A stretch of 64,000 bases of DNA. It comes from Deltaproteobacteria bacterium (GTDB lineage Bacteria; Desulfobacterota; Desulfarculia; JACQYL01). The stretch covers positions 41,831-105,830 of the forward strand of contig JACQYL010000007.1 of the NCBI GenBank assembly GCA_016208165.1. Reading direction: 5' to 3'. Position 1 is the stretch's first letter. Each line of letters opens with the position of its first letter. Positions 9,773 to 19,763 of the stretch are shown here, piece after piece. Position numbers and translations under genes: made by a program. Below the pieces are notes generated by a model. That model was not told where the DNA came from and did no database searches. It saw only the letters and a list, made by a program, of their open reading frames with translations.

Positions 9773-9937
9773 AAAAGGAGATTGGGGAAGGCATAAGGCC
9801 ATTACTCCCCTTTTTCTAGTATGGTAAGCAATCCTCAGCAGGAAATCAAGACCTTCTGAGGCCGCCGGAATTTCTGCTGTGGGGTGGAAGCTCCGGGAAA
9901 TCCTCTGTCGGGTCCGCGTCGAATCGGCTCGATGTCC

Positions 9938-11344
9938 TCACCAGCCCAATGTCAGATAGTCATGGATCGAGTCGGAGGCAATGCGACCGGCCCCCATAGC
10001 CAGGATTACGGTAGCCTGCCCCGTAACGATATCGCCTCCGGCCCATACGCCTTTACGGCTTGTCTTTCCGGTCTTCGGATCGGCCAGGATGTATCCCCCT
10101 TTGTTTGTCTTCAACCCTTTCGTACTCTGGGTCAGAAGCGGATTGGCTCCCGCCCCGACGGAAATTACGGCCAGATCGCAATCCAACTGGAATTTGGAAC
10201 CCTCGATCGGCACGGGTCTCCGGCGTCCCGATTCGTCCGGCTCTCCAAGCCCCATTTTGAGGCATTCCACTCCGATAACCCGACCACGCTCGTCACCGAC
10301 GAAACGAGCCGGAGCGGTGAGCAGGTGAAACTCGATTCCCTCTTCCTCCGCATGATGGATTTCCGCAATTCTGGCGGGCATTTCTTCCCTCGAACGGCGG
10401 TAGACGATCCTCACCCGATCCGCACCCAATCGCATCGCGGTGCGCGCGGAGTCCATGGCCACGTTTCCCGCCCCAAACACCACCACGTCTTTCCCCAGAG
10501 CTATGGGCGTGTCGTAATCCGGAAACAGGTAGGCTTTCATCAGGTTGGAACGGGTGAGGTACTCGTTGGCGGAATAGATGCCGATAAGGTTCTCCCCCGG
10601 GACGTTCATGAATTTCGGCAAGCCCGCTCCAACGCCGACGTAAACAGCGTCATACCCGTCTTCAAAAAGCTCTTCCACGCTAATGGAACGTCCCACTACC
10701 TGGTTGCATTCCACTTTCCCGCCCAAGCGCTCCAGGAAATTGACTTCGGAATATACGATCTCTTTGGGAAGTCGAAACTCCGGAATACCATACACGAGCA
10801 CGCCGCCGGGCTTGTGGAAGGCTTCGAACACCGTGACCGAATGCCCCTTTCGTATGAGGTCTCCCGCGACGGTAAGTCCCGAAGGACCGGATCCAACCAC
10901 TGCGACTCGCTTTCCCGTGGGAGGGGCAATTGGAGGCAGCTCGCCCGTACCATAGGACCTCTCATAGTCGGCGGCGAATCGTTCCAGGTTTCCAATGGCG
11001 ACGGGTTCCCCTTTCTTTCCTAAAATACATTCGCCCTCGCACTGGCTCTCTTGAGGGCACACTCGCCCACAAACCGCGGGAAGCGCATTTTGCTCCCAGA
11101 TATGCCGAATCGCTCTGGTGAAGTTTCCCTCTTGAACGAGTTTAATAAATCCGGGTATGTCAATGTGCACTGGGCAGCCCATTATGCACTGTGGCTTTTT
11201 GCACTGGAGGCATCGTTTTGCCTCCTCCATAGCCATTTCGGGCCGGTAACCCATTGGTACTTCCTCAAAATTTCGTGCCCGTACCTTCGGCTCCTGTTCC
11301 GGCATGAGTACTCGGCTGGTCTTATCTTCGTCTTTTTTCGCCAT
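9938..11344 (-). CDS. nfnB: GltD-family NADPH-dependent oxidoreductase, NfnB/SudA type (2x[4Fe-4S], FAD, NADPH)
   Basis: CLQCKKPQCIMGCPV and CPQESQCEGEC clusters; VAVVGSGPSGL and VVVFGAGNVAMD dinucleotide folds. Directly follows a PyrK-like partner. Confidence 0.75.
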   Translation of the reverse strand: MAKKDEDKTSRVLMPEQEPKVRARNFEEVPMGYRPEMAMEEAKRCLQCKKPQCIMGCPVHIDIPGFIKLVQEGNFTRAIRHIWEQNALPAVCGRVCPQESQCEGECILGKKGEPVAIGNLERFAADYERSYGTGELPPIAPPTGKRVAVVGSGPSGLTVAGDLIRKGHSVTVFEAFHKPGGVLVYGIPEFRLPKEIVYSEVNFLERLGGKVECNQVVGRSISVEELFEDGYDAVYVGVGAGLPKFMNVPGENLIGIYSANEYLTRSNLMKAYLFPDYDTPIALGKDVVVFGAGNVAMDSARTAMRLGADRVRIVYRRSREEMPARIAEIHHAEEEGIEFHLLTAPARFVGDERGRVIGVECLKMGLGEPDESGRRRPVPIEGSKFQLDCDLAVISVGAGANPLLTQSTKGLKTNKGGYILADPKTGKTSRKGVWAGGDIVTGQATVILAMGAGRIASDSIHDYLTLGW

Positions 11345-11430
11345 CTATATTCCTCCTGAAGGCTGAGCAGGAGCATCACAACGGTCGCCTGTTCGAACCT
11401 CTTCGAATTGGTAAAAAGCGCAGCGGCATC

Positions 11431-12267
11431 CTATCCTACTTTGCACTCGCAGCGGTATTTTTCCATGGCCCGCTTCTCGTCTTCCCGATATGCAGCCAGT
11501 CGCTGCATCAGCTCGCTGAAATCCACTTTGTGTCCGTCAAATTCCGGGCCGTCCACACAGGCGAACTTCGTCTGGTGATCAACGGTAACTCGGCAGCAGC
11601 CGCACATTCCCGTGCCGTCTACCATGATGGGGTTTAAACTCACCAATGTCGGTACGCCGAATTGCGCCGTCATGTTGCAGATCACCTTCATCATGATTAC
11701 CGGACCGATGGCTACCACCAGCTTAATATCATCTTTTTGCAGGATCTCGCGGAGCACGTCGGAAACAAAACCGGGATGTCCGTAACTGCCGTCATCCGTA
11801 CATACTCTGAGATCGTTGGAAGCGATTCTCATTTTATCCTCGAGGATCAGCAGGTCTTTGTTACGGGCGCCGATAATGGCGGTCACGTGGTTTCCGACCT
11901 CCTTCAGACCTCGAGTAATAGGATGGAGCACGGCCACGCCGGTTCCGCCTCCCACACAAACCACGTTCCCGATCTTTTCGAGATGGGTAGCTTTTCCTAA
12001 AGGACCGATCACATCCTGAAACCGTTCCCCGATACCCATCTGCTTAAACATAGCCGTGGATTTGCCCACGACCTGATAGTAAATGGTAATGGTTCCGTGT
12101 TTCGGATCCGTGTCAGCCATGGTCAGCGGAATCCGTTCTCCGGTCTCGTTCGCTTTAATAATCACGAACTGGCCCGGCTTTGCTTTTGCGGCAATTCGAG
12201 GGGCCGCAATTTCGTTCATCACTACGGTCCCCTCGGCCAATTCCTGTCGTCGTAAAATCTCAAACAT
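11431..12267 (-). CDS. nfnA: PyrK-like FAD/[2Fe-2S] subunit, NfnA/SudB type
   Basis: ERIPLTMAD FAD motif, VCVGGGTGVA, and C-terminal GTGMCGCCRV...FACVDGPEF. ATG 12267 has GGAGG 7 nt upstream; the ORF is open to 12303. Confidence 0.75.
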   Translation of the reverse strand: MFEILRRQELAEGTVVMNEIAAPRIAAKAKPGQFVIIKANETGERIPLTMADTDPKHGTITIYYQVVGKSTAMFKQMGIGERFQDVIGPLGKATHLEKIGNVVCVGGGTGVAVLHPITRGLKEVGNHVTAIIGARNKDLLILEDKMRIASNDLRVCTDDGSYGHPGFVSDVLREILQKDDIKLVVAIGPVIMMKVICNMTAQFGVPTLVSLNPIMVDGTGMCGCCRVTVDHQTKFACVDGPEFDGHKVDFSELMQRLAAYREDEKRAMEKYRCECKVG

Positions 12268-12517
12268 CTTTGACCTCCAAGTCTCTGTCGACCTCCGGCT
12301 CATTTCCCGTTGCAGGATTGATTACGGGGGGAAAAACGGCTCCCGTTCGGATCCAACACAATCAACAATGTGGCCCCGGAGCCGTTCTTGCTCTTTTTTT
12401 CACGAACACGCTCGGACAAAACGACCTCTTCATCGAGTCATCGAGGCTGGGTTCGATTGAATAACGCGATAGTGAATCCTGCGCGAAAGGCCGTGACTGC
12501 AGATTTTTAAGATACGA

Positions 12518-12546
12518 AGCATAGATGTTCATGTCCATCATGTCAA
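12518..12546 (-). promoter_or_regulatory. candidate sigma-70 promoter for nfnAB
   Basis: On the minus strand: TTGACA (12546-12541), 17 nt, TATGCT (12523-12518). This would give a leader of about 245 nt. Confidence 0.4.
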
Positions 12547-12720
12547 TACCCGCGCCGCTTCTTTTTACCCGGAACGTGTTTATACGCGCTTCTGGTAGAT
12601 CCTCCCTTTCCTCTTTTTCATCTTCGTCATCGAAGCTCAACCAGGAACTCCTGTAATCGCGGTTTGGCCGACCGGATCACCCTATTCCGAAATTGCAGCC
12701 GTCCCAAAGCCCTGGCGCGC

Positions 12721-14061
12721 TCAGTAAAAGAGGTGACAAAAAGCCAATGCCCCCAATATGCCTGCCGCGTCCGCAAGAAGGGCCGCGGATAACGCATGCC
12801 GCGTCCGGGTGATGCTCACGGATCCGAAATAAACCGCCAGGACATAGAACGTAGTCTCCGTGCTTCCTTGCATCGTCGACACCAAGAATGCGCTGAAGCT
12901 GTCGGGAGCCTGACTTACCACCTCGCTCATGATGCCGAACGCTCCGCTCCCGGACAAGGGGCGCATGAGCGCCATGGGCAAAGCCTCCGCCGGCATGCCG
13001 ATCAGAGAAATGCCGGGGGTGAGTATTCGCACCATGATGTCGAAAGCGCCGGAAGCACGAAACATGGCAATGGCCACGAGGATCATCACGAGAAAAGGAA
13101 TGATGCGAACAGCCACCTGGAATCCTTCTTTGGCGCCTTCGGTGGCCGCTTCATAGACTCCCACCCCACGCAGATACCCGAACACCACCAAAGCGCCCAT
13201 GATGGCAGGTAACAGCCAGAAGGAAATCACTTCCTTTCCAGCTTCCAACATGGAATCCGCTTGCACGAACCGGAGCAGAAGGCCCGCCAGGAACGCCGCC
13301 ACGAATCCCCAACACATCCACCGTCCCACCGGCCCGGGTCGGGAATGCTCCGCGGCTTCCTCGTCCGAGGAGTGCGCCGACGAATTGGCCTCCGCGGGGG
13401 GTGACGACGATGGCCCAGCCGCATCTGAGACGCCGGACTCGACGTACAAGGAGTCCGGATCCGGATCCTTCGAGGTCTTAGCCAGAAACCGGGCCGCTAA
13501 AATGGCGACAGCCGTGGAACAAAGGGTGGCAAGCAGGGTCGGTACGAGGATGGACGCGGGTTCTGCGCTCCCCGCGGATGCGCGTACTGCTATCACCCCC
13601 AGAGGAAGTAGCGTCACGTTGGAGGTGTTGATGGCCAGGAACATGCACATGGCGTCGGTGGCGCGCCCTTTCACGGGATTCAGACGATCCAGTTCCATCA
13701 TGGCTTTCAGCCCCATGGGCGTGGCTGCATTTCCCAACCCGAGCGCATTCGCGCTGATGTTCATCACCATGGCGCTCATGGCGGGATGCTCGGGAGGAAT
13801 CCGGGGAAACAAATGGACCATAGCGGGACGAATGGCCCTTGCCACCAGCAGCATGAGGCCTCCCTTTTCGGCGATCTTCATCAGGCCCAGCCACAGGGCC
13901 ATGGCTCCCACGAGCCCGATAGCCAAGGTTACGGCGCCTTTGGCCGATTCAAAGGAGGCGTCCACAACTTCCCGCATCTTGCCCGTGTAGGCGGCCACCA
14001 TGATGGATACCAGAACGAGGAAGAACCAGACGCCGTTCATCACCGCGGGTCGTTTTTTCAT
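12721..14061 (-). CDS. fused SpmA/SpmB-type nucleoside-recognition (Gate) domain membrane protein
   Basis: Polytopic. The N-terminal half (NISANALGLGNAATPMGLKAM) is SpmA-like and the C-terminal half is SpmB-like, joined by a Ser/Pro/Ala/Glu-rich linker. Confidence 0.7.
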   Translation of the reverse strand: MKKRPAVMNGVWFFLVLVSIMVAAYTGKMREVVDASFESAKGAVTLAIGLVGAMALWLGLMKIAEKGGLMLLVARAIRPAMVHLFPRIPPEHPAMSAMVMNISANALGLGNAATPMGLKAMMELDRLNPVKGRATDAMCMFLAINTSNVTLLPLGVIAVRASAGSAEPASILVPTLLATLCSTAVAILAARFLAKTSKDPDPDSLYVESGVSDAAGPSSSPPAEANSSAHSSDEEAAEHSRPGPVGRWMCWGFVAAFLAGLLLRFVQADSMLEAGKEVISFWLLPAIMGALVVFGYLRGVGVYEAATEGAKEGFQVAVRIIPFLVMILVAIAMFRASGAFDIMVRILTPGISLIGMPAEALPMALMRPLSGSGAFGIMSEVVSQAPDSFSAFLVSTMQGSTETTFYVLAVYFGSVSITRTRHALSAALLADAAGILGALAFCHLFY

Positions 14062-14435
14062 TGTCCCTGCTCTATCTCCCTGGCGGAAAATCCGGCGGAG
14101 CCATGGGCGGCCGATGGCCTCGAGAGATGTCCGAAAAGCCCACTCGAACCAAACGTTAGCCCGACGACTTCTCCCCGAAGCGGCTCGAATGTCCCGAAGG
14201 TTCTCACCTGTATCCCCCTCATGAATTTAACCCAAAAATGGATTAATAATGCATTTGCAAGGAACGGGTCACGCCAAAAGTGCAACCCCGGCGCAGGCCG
14301 TCCGATCGAAATGCATCGAACTCACCCGAACGTTTTTCGAAACCGGATGAATTGTGTCTTGACCCTTGTCGCCGCGAGCAAGTAGAATTTGAGCGAGATT
14401 ACCGCAACCTATCAGCCTTTTCACGGGAGAATGCG

Positions 14436-14729
14436 ATGGCCGTTAAAGTTATTATTGACCGGGAATTGAAACAGGAAGGAAAAGAAGTTGCTCTGGAACT
14501 TATTCGCAAATTGCGGGCAAAGGCCATGGAACATCGGGGGTATATTTCCGGAGAAACGCTGGTTTCCAATCGTAACCCCAATCATGTGATTGTGGTCAGC
14601 ACATGGAACAACATCGGAAACTGGCTGGATTGGACGGACAATAAGGCTCGAAACGCCTTGGAAGAGGAATTGAACGCTTACTTGTCACGGCCGACTCGGT
14701 ACGAAGAGTTCTCGGTGGGAGAACTTTAG
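14436..14729 (+). CDS. antibiotic-biosynthesis-monooxygenase (ABM) domain protein
   Basis: 97 aa; RGYISGETLVS...VIVVSTWNNIGNWLDW pattern. GGGAGA lies upstream of ATG 14436. The longer ORF from 14280 has an implausible N-terminus. Confidence 0.65.
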   Translation: MAVKVIIDRELKQEGKEVALELIRKLRAKAMEHRGYISGETLVSNRNPNHVIVVSTWNNIGNWLDWTDNKARNALEEELNAYLSRPTRYEEFSVGEL

Positions 14730-14930
14730 GCGGCCCGTCCGGCTTTCGGCGGACTCTTTTATAGGATCGATTCCCTCGGCCTTCCGCCCGTAAACCGGCT
14801 CATAGGCGCAACAGCGTTTCTCGTGAGCGACGTGGCGGAGGTCGGAGGACCCGAGCTTTTCTGACATCGCCTTCAAACACAAACACGCAATGGGTTGGAT
14901 GCGGGAACAGCAGCCGTTATCGAATAGCAT
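14685..14930 (-). CDS. possible Cys-rich small protein (uncertain)
   Basis: 81-aa ORF with two CC pairs and a CLC motif. Weak SD. Its 3' end overlaps the ABM gene by 45 nt. Confidence 0.2.
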   Translation of the reverse strand: MLFDNGCCSRIQPIACLCLKAMSEKLGSSDLRHVAHEKRCCAYEPVYGRKAEGIDPIKESAESRTGRLKFSHRELFVPSRP

Positions 14931-15078
14931 CGATTTACCCGACAGGCCCAGCCTGAGACTTCGCGCTCATTTCCTTAATATAGAACAATCCTGCATTTCC
15001 AACACAACAACCTTGCGTCTCCAACGCATAGGTAGAGCGCTATTCTTTTCAAACTTAAATTCGTAAAGGAGGTTGGTT

Positions 15079-15804
15079 ATGTACAAACTGTTCCTCTTGA
15101 TTGCGGCAACGGCTTTGCTATTCCCCTACCCGTTATGGGCGCAGCTACCGGATGCCCCGGCAAACGTCACGCCCGTTCGCATCGAACGGTTCGGAGATGT
15201 AGCGGATCTGTTCGTGTGGACCCAGGACGGCAAAATGTATGTGCGTTATGAAATCGTCACCGGCGACGATTATTTTGCATGTCCCAGCTCGTTTAATGTG
15301 ATCCAGAGCGATACGACGGGAGGGTTCGACGGAGGATCAAACCGAATCTACAGAGAGGAAGGCGGGGAAAGCGTATGCGAATCCATCACGGCCGATGAAA
15401 CGTTCCTGGTTATACCATCCGCCGGAGACGAGGTGGACCTTTCGCAGCCGGTGGAAGTATATTTTAATGCTGAAAAGGTAGTACTCATCCATGTATTTCC
15501 CGGGGGAGCGTCCATCATTCCCACGAACGGCATCTGGCAGAGCAGCGATCCCCCGCTCAGCATCTACATTCAGAAATACCAGGCCGCGTCCGCCATTGCA
15601 GTCGCCACCCAGGACGGTGTCAACCTGGTGGCCTTTCTGGATTCGAATATTGCCGATGGTTTCAGCCAGGCCAACGACGTGGGAAATCAGGGATTCGGTA
15701 TAAATATCAATTTTCAGGACAGCACCCACGGCACGGTTACGGTGGATCTGCCTTCAGGCGCCGTGACCGCCGACATCGCGCTGACCTTTCCCGATCTGAG
15801 ATGA
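15079..15804 (+). CDS. secreted hypothetical protein
   Basis: AGGAGG upstream of ATG 15079. Signal peptide LFLLIAATALLFPYPLWA-QLP. Followed by a strong terminator. Confidence 0.65.
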   Translation: MYKLFLLIAATALLFPYPLWAQLPDAPANVTPVRIERFGDVADLFVWTQDGKMYVRYEIVTGDDYFACPSSFNVIQSDTTGGFDGGSNRIYREEGGESVCESITADETFLVIPSAGDEVDLSQPVEVYFNAEKVVLIHVFPGGASIIPTNGIWQSSDPPLSIYIQKYQAASAIAVATQDGVNLVAFLDSNIADGFSQANDVGNQGFGININFQDSTHGTVTVDLPSGAVTADIALTFPDLR

Positions 15805-15809
15805 CAGAA

Positions 15810-15849
15810 AACGGTGGGACGTTGCACTCCCACCGTTTCGTTTCTTTTC
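15810..15849 (+). terminator. Rho-independent terminator
   Basis: Perfect 10-bp stem AACGGTGGGA / TCCCACCGTT with an 8-nt loop, followed by the T-rich tail TCGTTTCTTTT. Confidence 0.8.
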
Positions 15850-16134
15850 AGCCCCTGCGAAGAAGGCGCTCACAAGGAAACCACCGGGTTCGGCAGAAAG
15901 AAAGCCGCAGACTCAGGCATACAGGTCGAGATCTCCACTTCTCGCTGTTCGATCAGGGGCGGCTCCCTGAGACTGTCGCTCCCCTGCCTGCGTCTCCGAA
16001 ATCCCTTCGATATCTCCTGGTTCGCGCCCGAGACCGGATTTCCGTTCCTCCAGTTTCAGTACAGCGCCTCCTGTCTGGCCCGGGCTTCGACTTGGCTCGC
16101 CTTGGCCGCCACAGCACGGTCCTGCGAGGAAGGG

Positions 16135-19100
16135 TCAGCAGGCGCCGGAGCCGCCCTTCGATTCGCCGCTTTCTTCCTGGTTTGGCGTCTCCTCGACGGC
16201 TGCCAGCCAATCCCTCAGGCATACTCGGAAAATGGCTTCGGCGCGCTTCGCGTCCAGCCGATACTTCTCCGGAATAAACGACAGATCCGCTACATGGATA
16301 TTGTCCCGCTTGTGCAGAAACGGGCAGTCTTCCAGATATTGTGGGGCGAGCCTCGTGAGGTGGGCGTACGAGCGGTTCAGGACGGGCTTGCATGCCTTGA
16401 TCTTGAGTCCTCCGTCACTGTAGTTGTTGGCCAGAAGCGTCATTCCGGAAAACCCAGGGCCCGGATGAAATCCTGGTTTGGACACGTCGTCGGAACAGAG
16501 AAAAAAATAGGGTGCTTGCAGCACCAGAGAAGCCGGTTCGGAGGCTCGCTGCTTGCAGGCGCCGGCGATACCGGGAAGGATCGAGGACAAATGTTGGCCG
16601 GCCGGATCGAAATCCCAGAGTCGGCCCTGTTCCTCGAACTCGGGAAACCGCTTTCGGACGGTCTCTTTGGCGTCCGGTCCTACGAGAAAGACATACCCGC
16701 TTTCCTCCCACAGCGAAGTCCCGAATCCTTCCAGATCGAGCTCGCGTATGTCTTTGAGCAAGAGCACTCGAATGCAGCGCTCGGGCCTCATGCGGGCTCT
16801 TGCCAATGGCGCGGTCACGGAATCGGCGTAAGGCCTGAAGCACGACTCCAGAGCCGCCAATTCCTCTTCCCGGATGAAAGCCACATCCGCAGCCTGTAGT
16901 ATATGATCCACAGCTACCACTTGCAGCACGTGCCGTTCGCGGTCGAAGCGTTCGTGGTCTCGTTTCCATTGGTCGTAGGAAAGGACTTGAAGTTCTTCCC
17001 TCAGGGCGTCCGACAGTTTTTCGATGCTTCCTTCGCCCACCAGATTCTCTTTGGGAATCAACATGGTCTTGCATCCCGCATCGTAGGCGGTCTCGAGCTT
17101 GAGATCCAACCCGCCAACCAGATTCACCCTTCCTTGGATATCGATTTCGCCCGTCATGGCCACGTCCCTGCGAATGCGGCGTCCGGAGAGGACGGAAGCC
17201 AGGGCCAGGGCAATGGCAATGCCCGCCGAGGGTCCGTCTTTTGGGGTCGACGCGCCCATGAAGTGGATATGAACGGGAGCTTCGGCCTTCTTCAGATCGA
17301 TCTCGAGTTCTCGAGCCCAGTGGAGAATGGCCGTGCTCGCCACTTTCCGGCTTTCATCCATGATCTTCTCGATGTTTCCCGTTGCATGGACCATGCTCAG
17401 GTATCCGCTGCGTCCCTCTCCTTCCCGGCCCCGGGGAATCACCGTGGTCTGGATGGGGATAAGGGAACCCAGTCCCAACTCGACATTCACCCCGAGGCCC
17501 ATGGCCTCTCCCACCCGGTCTTCATCGTTGATCACTCTGAACGGTCTGGGCGGTTCGAGGTATTTCTTGATGACCATTCGTGTGATTTTCACCGAAGAGC
17601 GCTCATGCGCAAGGATTTCTTTACGTCCGATGCGGAGGAACAGAGTGCGGATAATACGCTCGAGTTCGCGAACGCCCGCTTCATGCGTGTACGTTCGCAC
17701 CAGATAGCGGAGCAACCCCGGCTCCTTTTCAGGATCGAAAAAGATCTGCTGGCTCGTAAAGCCATACCGCTCCCGGACCCTTCGGGTGAGGTGCTCGCGG
17801 GCTATGGCTACTTTTTCCTCTACGCTGTAGCGATCGAGCTGCACAACCTCGCACCGGTTGATTACCGGCGGAGGAACGGTCTCGAGGGTGTTGGCCGTGA
17901 GGATAAAGTGGCAGTTGGAAAGGTCGACATCCACGGTGCTCTGCGTAAATTTATCGTGGAACAGGTGGTTCTGTTCAGGGTCCAGAATTTCGAGAAGAGT
18001 CGCAATGGCGAATTTCTCAGTTTTGTCCGCCTCGTCCATGATGAATATGCCGTTCATGATGCCCATCTTGATCAAGCCCTGGACAATGGCTCCCGGCTTC
18101 GAGCCTTCATACGTAAAGCCGTATCCACGAAGATCCGCCTCGTCCCGCATCCCTCCCAGGGACATCTTGTGATATGGAATACCCAGATTTTTGGCGATTG
18201 AAATGGCCAAAGAGGTCTTGCCTACTCCCGGAGGACCAACGAACAAAAAAGCGCTCCCCGTCTTGCCTGCAAGGGCGGAATCTCCGCCATGGTTTTGCTG
18301 GTAACGCCAGATCAGGTTTGAAAAGAAGTCGCAGATAATCTCTTTCGGTTTTTGCAGACCGTAGTGCGAACGATCGAGCCCCTTTTCGAAGTCTTCAGCG
18401 GAAACTCCGATTTTCTGGATCTTTCCCCACGGGATGGCCAAAAGCGTTTCGATCAATTCGCTGTACTTGGGTCCGCTATGACCTACGGCATGCAATTTGT
18501 TCTTCTCCATCAACTCCCTGGCCTGAAGAGGAATGGAAGGATCGTTTCGCGCTTCTTCGATACGTTCTTTCAGCGACTTCTTAGGTGGTGCGGAAGGCGT
18601 CAGATCCGCCAGAGGCTGAGCTTCTCTCACGTAAGGAAAATGTGATATTCTTGCTTCGTCTTCCGAGAAATGTTTCAAGCCTTCCTTGAAAATTTCGAGG
18701 GCTTCCCGTGGGTCCTTGCCTTCGAGGCTTGTTTCCGGAATTTCGAGTTCACGAAAAAGATAAACCAGTCCCCACCGGTCTTTGAAGATATCGAACACCC
18801 CCTTCGCCTCGGTTTCATCGCCGTCGAACAGGCGCACAAAGAGCCAGAGCAGCTTCTCGAGAAAATCCGTACGCCTCCGCAGGGAAAAGCCGGCCTCCCC
18901 TCCTTTCTGATAACACACGCTCAGGACCCGTATTTTGAGGTCTGCATCCAGGGAGGGAAAAGCGTTCAGAAGGACCTCTTCCGGCACATCACCCAATGTG
19001 TCCGCAAGCCGGGCCAGGATACCGGAAATCGGCTCGTCGTACGGCTGGTCCTTCTCGGCCAGGTCCAGGAGACCGAGGATGGGGCCGCCCAAAATACCGT

Positions 19101-19620
19101 TCATTTCGTCCGCGAGCGCGTTCCGGAGACTCCGATAGTAAGTCGGATCGTGATCGCGTTGCTCGATGGCGAACTCAACGTCCGACCGGATGACTTCCCG
19201 TTCGGATTCCAGCGGATACAACAGGTGTTCGAGCTGGTGCCGCAAGGCGAATTCGGCGAAAGCCAGCATTTTGCGCTCTTCCGCGCCGCCTTCGCCCAGG
19301 CTGGTGTCCGGGTCGCTGGGAATCACGAAGGCCAGATAGTCAAAGATCCGTTCGTGAAAGTATATGATGCGTTCTTCTTTCCTCTCAGAAAAAAGGGTCA
19401 CCGCACGGATTCGACTGTCTTCGTCCTCGAGCCGCTCCACCCGGAGATGTTCGTTCACCCGGGCGATGAGGGTGGCTTCGGTTCCACGGTTCGTTTTAAA
19501 GTATGGGATCACCCGGCGCCCGATAATAGCCCGGATGATCTGGAGCACGCGACGCATATCGTCTTTGGTGGGAAGGGGAAGGCTCTCGAGAACTTTGTGA
19601 TCGAACTCCATGGGAAACAT
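16135..19620 (-). CDS. Lon-type ATP-dependent protease with non-canonical N- and C-terminal regions
   Basis: Walker A GPPGVGKTS, Walker B IFIMDEADK, protease-domain PKDGPSAGIA (Ser) and GGLDLKLETA (Lys). ATG at 19620; the ORF is open to the TTG at 19674. Confidence 0.85.
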   Translation of the reverse strand: MFPMEFDHKVLESLPLPTKDDMRRVLQIIRAIIGRRVIPYFKTNRGTEATLIARVNEHLRVERLEDEDSRIRAVTLFSERKEERIIYFHERIFDYLAFVIPSDPDTSLGEGGAEERKMLAFAEFALRHQLEHLLYPLESEREVIRSDVEFAIEQRDHDPTYYRSLRNALADEMNGILGGPILGLLDLAEKDQPYDEPISGILARLADTLGDVPEEVLLNAFPSLDADLKIRVLSVCYQKGGEAGFSLRRRTDFLEKLLWLFVRLFDGDETEAKGVFDIFKDRWGLVYLFRELEIPETSLEGKDPREALEIFKEGLKHFSEDEARISHFPYVREAQPLADLTPSAPPKKSLKERIEEARNDPSIPLQARELMEKNKLHAVGHSGPKYSELIETLLAIPWGKIQKIGVSAEDFEKGLDRSHYGLQKPKEIICDFFSNLIWRYQQNHGGDSALAGKTGSAFLFVGPPGVGKTSLAISIAKNLGIPYHKMSLGGMRDEADLRGYGFTYEGSKPGAIVQGLIKMGIMNGIFIMDEADKTEKFAIATLLEILDPEQNHLFHDKFTQSTVDVDLSNCHFILTANTLETVPPPVINRCEVVQLDRYSVEEKVAIAREHLTRRVRERYGFTSQQIFFDPEKEPGLLRYLVRTYTHEAGVRELERIIRTLFLRIGRKEILAHERSSVKITRMVIKKYLEPPRPFRVINDEDRVGEAMGLGVNVELGLGSLIPIQTTVIPRGREGEGRSGYLSMVHATGNIEKIMDESRKVASTAILHWARELEIDLKKAEAPVHIHFMGASTPKDGPSAGIAIALALASVLSGRRIRRDVAMTGEIDIQGRVNLVGGLDLKLETAYDAGCKTMLIPKENLVGEGSIEKLSDALREELQVLSYDQWKRDHERFDRERHVLQVVAVDHILQAADVAFIREEELAALESCFRPYADSVTAPLARARMRPERCIRVLLLKDIRELDLEGFGTSLWEESGYVFLVGPDAKETVRKRFPEFEEQGRLWDFDPAGQHLSSILPGIAGACKQRASEPASLVLQAPYFFLCSDDVSKPGFHPGPGFSGMTLLANNYSDGGLKIKACKPVLNRSYAHLTRLAPQYLEDCPFLHKRDNIHVADLSFIPEKYRLDAKRAEAIFRVCLRDWLAAVEETPNQEESGESKGGSGAC

Positions 19621-19763
19621 GTGCGTACCTTTTCTGTTCGCATGCTCAATTCTGGTAAGTCGGGATGAAAACAAATTATAAGTCGAAAATGCAATTGCAT
19701 TCCACCGCTATTTGCCCGAAAGTATACGGTGAGATTACCTGAAAGTGGTCGGCAATACTCGCT

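Noticed and set aside
12362-12640. 92-aa minus-strand ORF between nfnA and the SpmA/B gene
   Set aside because: It has a TTG start without an SD. It contains the candidate nfnAB promoter and leader within it, and its C-terminal part has odd composition. It is more likely untranslated leader.
15916-16137. The Lon TGA stop is followed by 73 more in-frame sense codons, so I considered selenocysteine or read-through
   Set aside because: The extension is Gly/Arg/Glu-rich low-complexity sequence. I see no convincing SECIS-type hairpin at the right distance after the UGA. An open stretch of this length is not surprising in GC-rich DNA.
15814-19668. Long plus-strand ORFs (361, 432 and 332 aa) opposite the Lon-type protease gene
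   Set aside because: They are Arg/Gly/Pro-rich, carry no motifs, and lie entirely antisense to a gene with unmistakable Lon motifs. These are typical shadow ORFs of GC-rich DNA. The same applies to 9884-11023 (antisense to nfnB), 31114-32283 and 32774-33781 (antisense to nadB/nadC), and 39772-41658 (antisense to fhs).
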